46,682 nucleotides of DNA, taken from NCBI GenBank assembly GCA_046292975.1, contig JBKBPW010000001.1, forward strand, positions 1 through 46,682. The letters are read 5' to 3'. Positions 44,361-46,682 of the stretch are shown in pieces. Within the stretch, counting starts at the first letter, position 1; each line of letters begins with the position of its first letter. The translations under genes were made by a program, and so were the position numbers. Under the pieces are notes generated by a model, which was not told where the DNA came from, ran no database searches, and saw only the letters and a list, made by a program, of their open reading frames with translations. This DNA is from Thermodesulfovibrionales bacterium. GTDB taxonomy: Bacteria > Nitrospirota > Thermodesulfovibrionia > Thermodesulfovibrionales > CALJEL01.

Positions 44361-45680
44361 ATGGCTAAGAAGAAGGCAACAAGAAAGGCTCCTGCTGCAT
44401 CTGCCAAGAAAAGGGCTGCAGCAAAAGTTGACAACTCCCTCTCTCCTCATGGTGGAAAGCTTGTAAACAGGGTTATTGAGGACAGGGAAAAGGCACGGAA
44501 GCTTGCCAGCAAGGCTAAGGTTGAGCTTCCAATCAGAGACCAGCATGCAAGGGAAATAGTGAGTATGGCTTATGGATTCTTTTCTCCCCTTGATGGCTTT
44601 ATGAAAGAGGCAGATGTTGCAAGCATCTGTAAGAAGATGACCCTTGCGAGTGGTTATGTCTGGAGCATTCCTATTGTGTTTGACCTTTCTGATGAAGAGA
44701 TTAAATCAATGGGAATTAAGGAAGGAGATATGATACTTCTCAAGTACCAGAATCAGCCCTTTGCAACCCTTGATGTTGAGGAGATCTATTCCTTTGACAA
44801 AAAACTGATGGCAGTAAGTGTCTATGGAACAGATGAAGAAAAGCATCCTGGTGTGAAGAGGACCTATCAGTATAAGGATAAATTCCTTGGTGGAAGGATT
44901 ACCCTTATAAATCCTCCGAGGATAAACCCTCCTTTTGACAGATTCTGGTATCCACCTGCTAAGTCCAGAGAGAAATTTAAGGAACTGGGCTGGAAGAGGG
45001 CAGTTGCCCATCAGACAAGGAATGTGCCCCATACAGGCCATGAATGGCTCATGAAAGGTGCATGGTTTGAGGCCCAGACTGATGTTGGACCAAATGAATG
45101 CGGTGTCCTTGTTAATTGCGTTGTAGGTGAAAAGCGTAAGGGTGATTATATTGATGAGGCAATTGTGCTTAGTCATGCAGCCCTTGGAGAGCATGGATAT
45201 TTCAAACAAGGAACACATATGGTCTCTATCCTTCTCTGGGATATGAGATATGCAGGTCCTAAAGAGGCAATATTCCATGCAATAGTTAGAAAGAATATGG
45301 GATGCACCCATCATATGTTTGGCCGCGACCATGCAGGTGTTGGTGATTACTATGACAAGTATGCAGCCCATGAGATCTTCTCAAAGATACCAAATCTTGG
45401 AATAAAATCAGTGCTCACACTTGAATGGTGGTACTGTCCAACCTGCGCAGAGGTCACCTATGAAGGCCTTTGTGGACACAAGCCACAGAAGTTCAGTGGT
45501 AGTGTCTTAAGGAGCATACTCCTTGATGGAGTAAAACCAACAAGGCTTGTGATGAGACCAGAGGTCTTTGATGTAGTCATGATGGCTGCTGAGAAGTATG
45601 GATTTGGAAGTCCCTTTGTGGATGATAGATACCTTGCTCAGAGAAATGAAGTAATGACAGTTCCACCAATGGAGGTGTAA
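44361..45680 (+). CDS. sat: Sulfate adenylyltransferase (dissimilatory ATP sulfurylase) with Lys/Ala-rich N-terminal extension
   Basis: 439 aa with PHGGKLVNR, HQTRNVPHTGH (QxRNxxHxxH) and GRDHAGVG. The first 25 or so residues read MAKKKATRKAPAASAKKRAAAKVDN. Confidence 0.9.
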   Translation: MAKKKATRKAPAASAKKRAAAKVDNSLSPHGGKLVNRVIEDREKARKLASKAKVELPIRDQHAREIVSMAYGFFSPLDGFMKEADVASICKKMTLASGYVWSIPIVFDLSDEEIKSMGIKEGDMILLKYQNQPFATLDVEEIYSFDKKLMAVSVYGTDEEKHPGVKRTYQYKDKFLGGRITLINPPRINPPFDRFWYPPAKSREKFKELGWKRAVAHQTRNVPHTGHEWLMKGAWFEAQTDVGPNECGVLVNCVVGEKRKGDYIDEAIVLSHAALGEHGYFKQGTHMVSILLWDMRYAGPKEAIFHAIVRKNMGCTHHMFGRDHAGVGDYYDKYAAHEIFSKIPNLGIKSVLTLEWWYCPTCAEVTYEGLCGHKPQKFSGSVLRSILLDGVKPTRLVMRPEVFDVVMMAAEKYGFGSPFVDDRYLAQRNEVMTVPPMEV

Positions 45681-45681
45681 G

Positions 45682-45984
45682 ATGGCAGAGACATTTCCAA
45701 TTTATATCTGGATTAATGAAGAGAGACTGGCAAGGCTTCAGCAGGCAGGCCTTGCTGACAAGGCAGTTGAGGCCTTTGCAGGACTAAAGAGGCTGGAGGT
45801 TCACGCAAATGAGGCCCAGAAGGACGAACTCCTTAGGAGATTTCCTGGTTCCAAGTGCGACCTTTCTACAACAAGGAGTGTAGAGCTTCTTCCAAGGGCA
45901 TTTAAGGACAAACTCTTTGAAAAGGTTCTGGAGCTGAGAAGGCTTGACCCAGAAGTTGTTGATGCAGCATTAAAGAATGCATAG
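45682..45984 (+). CDS. Hypothetical 100-aa protein between sat and aprBA
   Basis: The ATG lies 1 nt after the sat stop (TAAGATG). The frame stays open with coding-like composition. No motif is recognised. Confidence 0.5.
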   Translation: MAETFPIYIWINEERLARLQQAGLADKAVEAFAGLKRLEVHANEAQKDELLRRFPGSKCDLSTTRSVELLPRAFKDKLFEKVLELRRLDPEVVDAALKNA

Positions 45985-45987
45985 TAA

Positions 45988-46004
45988 AGACCTCATGGAG
46001 GTCT
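45988..46004 (+). other. Intercistronic stem-loop (AGACCTC-ATG-GAGGTCT)
   Basis: A perfect 7-bp stem with a 3-nt loop lies 3 nt after the stop of the 100-aa ORF and 30 nt before the aprB ATG. There is no T-tract, so it is not a classic terminator. Confidence 0.3.
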
Positions 46005-46033
46005 AAGAATTAATAAAAAGGAGGATCAGGGCA

Positions 46034-46682
46034 ATGCCAAGTTATGTTATTACTGAGAAATGCGATGGCTGTAAGGCCCAGGATAAGACAGCATGCCAGT
46101 ACATCTGTCCTCATGACCTGATGACCCTTGACAGGGAAAAGATGAAGGCATACAATCAGGAACCTGAGCAGTGCTGGGAATGTTACAACTGTGTAAAGAT
46201 CTGTCCACAGCAGGCTATTGAGGTAAGGGGTTATGCAGACTATATCCCCCTTGGTGGAAGCGTTTATCCGATGAGAGGAACAGACTCCATTATGTGGACA
46301 ATAAAGTTCAGAAATGGGGTTATCAAGAGATTCAAATTCCCGATAAGGTTGACACCTGAGGGTTCAATTGATCCCTATGCAGGGCTTCCAGAGCCGGATT
46401 ATTCAAAGATCAAACAGCCTGGCTACTTTAAGAAGCCACCTGTTGTTGAGGTGGAGACAGATTTTCTTATAATTGGTGGTGGAATGGCTGCCTGCGGTGC
46501 TGCCTTTGAGGCATGCAGATGGGCAAACCCAAAGAAGATAAGGGTAACCATGGTTGACAAGGCCGCCACTGACCGTAGTGGTGCAGTTGCAATGGGTCTC
46601 AGTGCTATTAATACCTATATGGGTGGAAACAAGGTTGCAGACTACGTTAAGGATGTAAGAAATGACCTCATGGGCATAATCA
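46034..46682 (+). CDS. aprBA: Adenylylsulfate (APS) reductase: AprB-type Fe-S domain continuing in frame into the AprA flavoprotein N-terminus (3' partial)
   Basis: A GGAGGA RBS precedes the ATG. AprB motifs are CDGCK...CQYICP, CWECYNCVKICP and MWTIKFRNG..KRFKFPIR. The frame then reads VVEVETDFLIIGGGMAACGAAFEA...DRSGAVAMGLSAINTY with no intervening stop codon in a hand translation. The frame is open at the window end. Confidence 0.85.
   Translation, partial: MPSYVITEKCDGCKAQDKTACQYICPHDLMTLDREKMKAYNQEPEQCWECYNCVKICPQQAIEVRGYADYIPLGGSVYPMRGTDSIMWTIKFRNGVIKRFKFPIRLTPEGSIDPYAGLPEPDYSKIKQPGYFKKPPVVEVETDFLIIGGGMAACGAAFEACRWANPKKIRVTMVDKAATDRSGAVAMGLSAINTYMGGNKVADYVKDVRNDLMGII

Noticed and set aside
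43718-45371. Long antisense ORFs 43718..44266 (182 aa) and 44706..45371 (221 aa)
   Set aside because: They are mirror frames of adk and sat, both of which have unambiguous motifs. Such antisense ORFs are common in AT-rich coding DNA.

Overview
AT-rich 46.7 kb chromosomal segment, almost fully coding and mostly housekeeping. It appears to come from a diderm sulfate reducer. The evidence is a Tol-Pal cluster, BamD, LpxL-type acyltransferase and KpsF, plus a sat / small ORF / aprBA sulfate-activation locus at the right edge. A Nitrospirota/Thermodesulfovibrio-like origin is my guess only and cannot be verified here.

Core genes recognised:
- two tRNAs (Ala-CGC, Leu-CAA) and an M16 peptidase pair
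- LemA-DUF2207 and an orphan OppD/OppF-type ATPase pair
- tgt, a CDF transporter, kpsF, bioA and a LonC-like protease
- mltG, ispG, panC, tolQRAB-pal-cpoB, moaAC and folK
- polA, bamD, dnaE, accA, adk and sat

Accessory content:
- a small islet beside tRNA-Leu (PilZ plus a Cys-rich protein, a MITE, a palindromic repeat array, a HEPN/nucleotidyltransferase pair)
- a type II restriction-modification pair wedged between a shortened DUF488 gene and dnaE

Observations most worth a second look:
1. aprB reads in frame, with no stop codon, straight into aprA.
2. A MITE-like family has CTG(G/T)AAATTGCCGATAGA termini and 7-9 bp target-site duplications. There are two full copies, one truncated copy and three solo ends.
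3. Short 7-8 nt tandem word arrays are pervasive, often paired with their reverse complement. They sit at gene boundaries and also in frame inside dnaE and the tolB and M16 N-termini.
4. polA carries an 84 bp in-frame palindromic repeat insertion bounded by a 10 bp direct repeat.

No CRISPR array, rRNA, transposase or prophage genes were seen.
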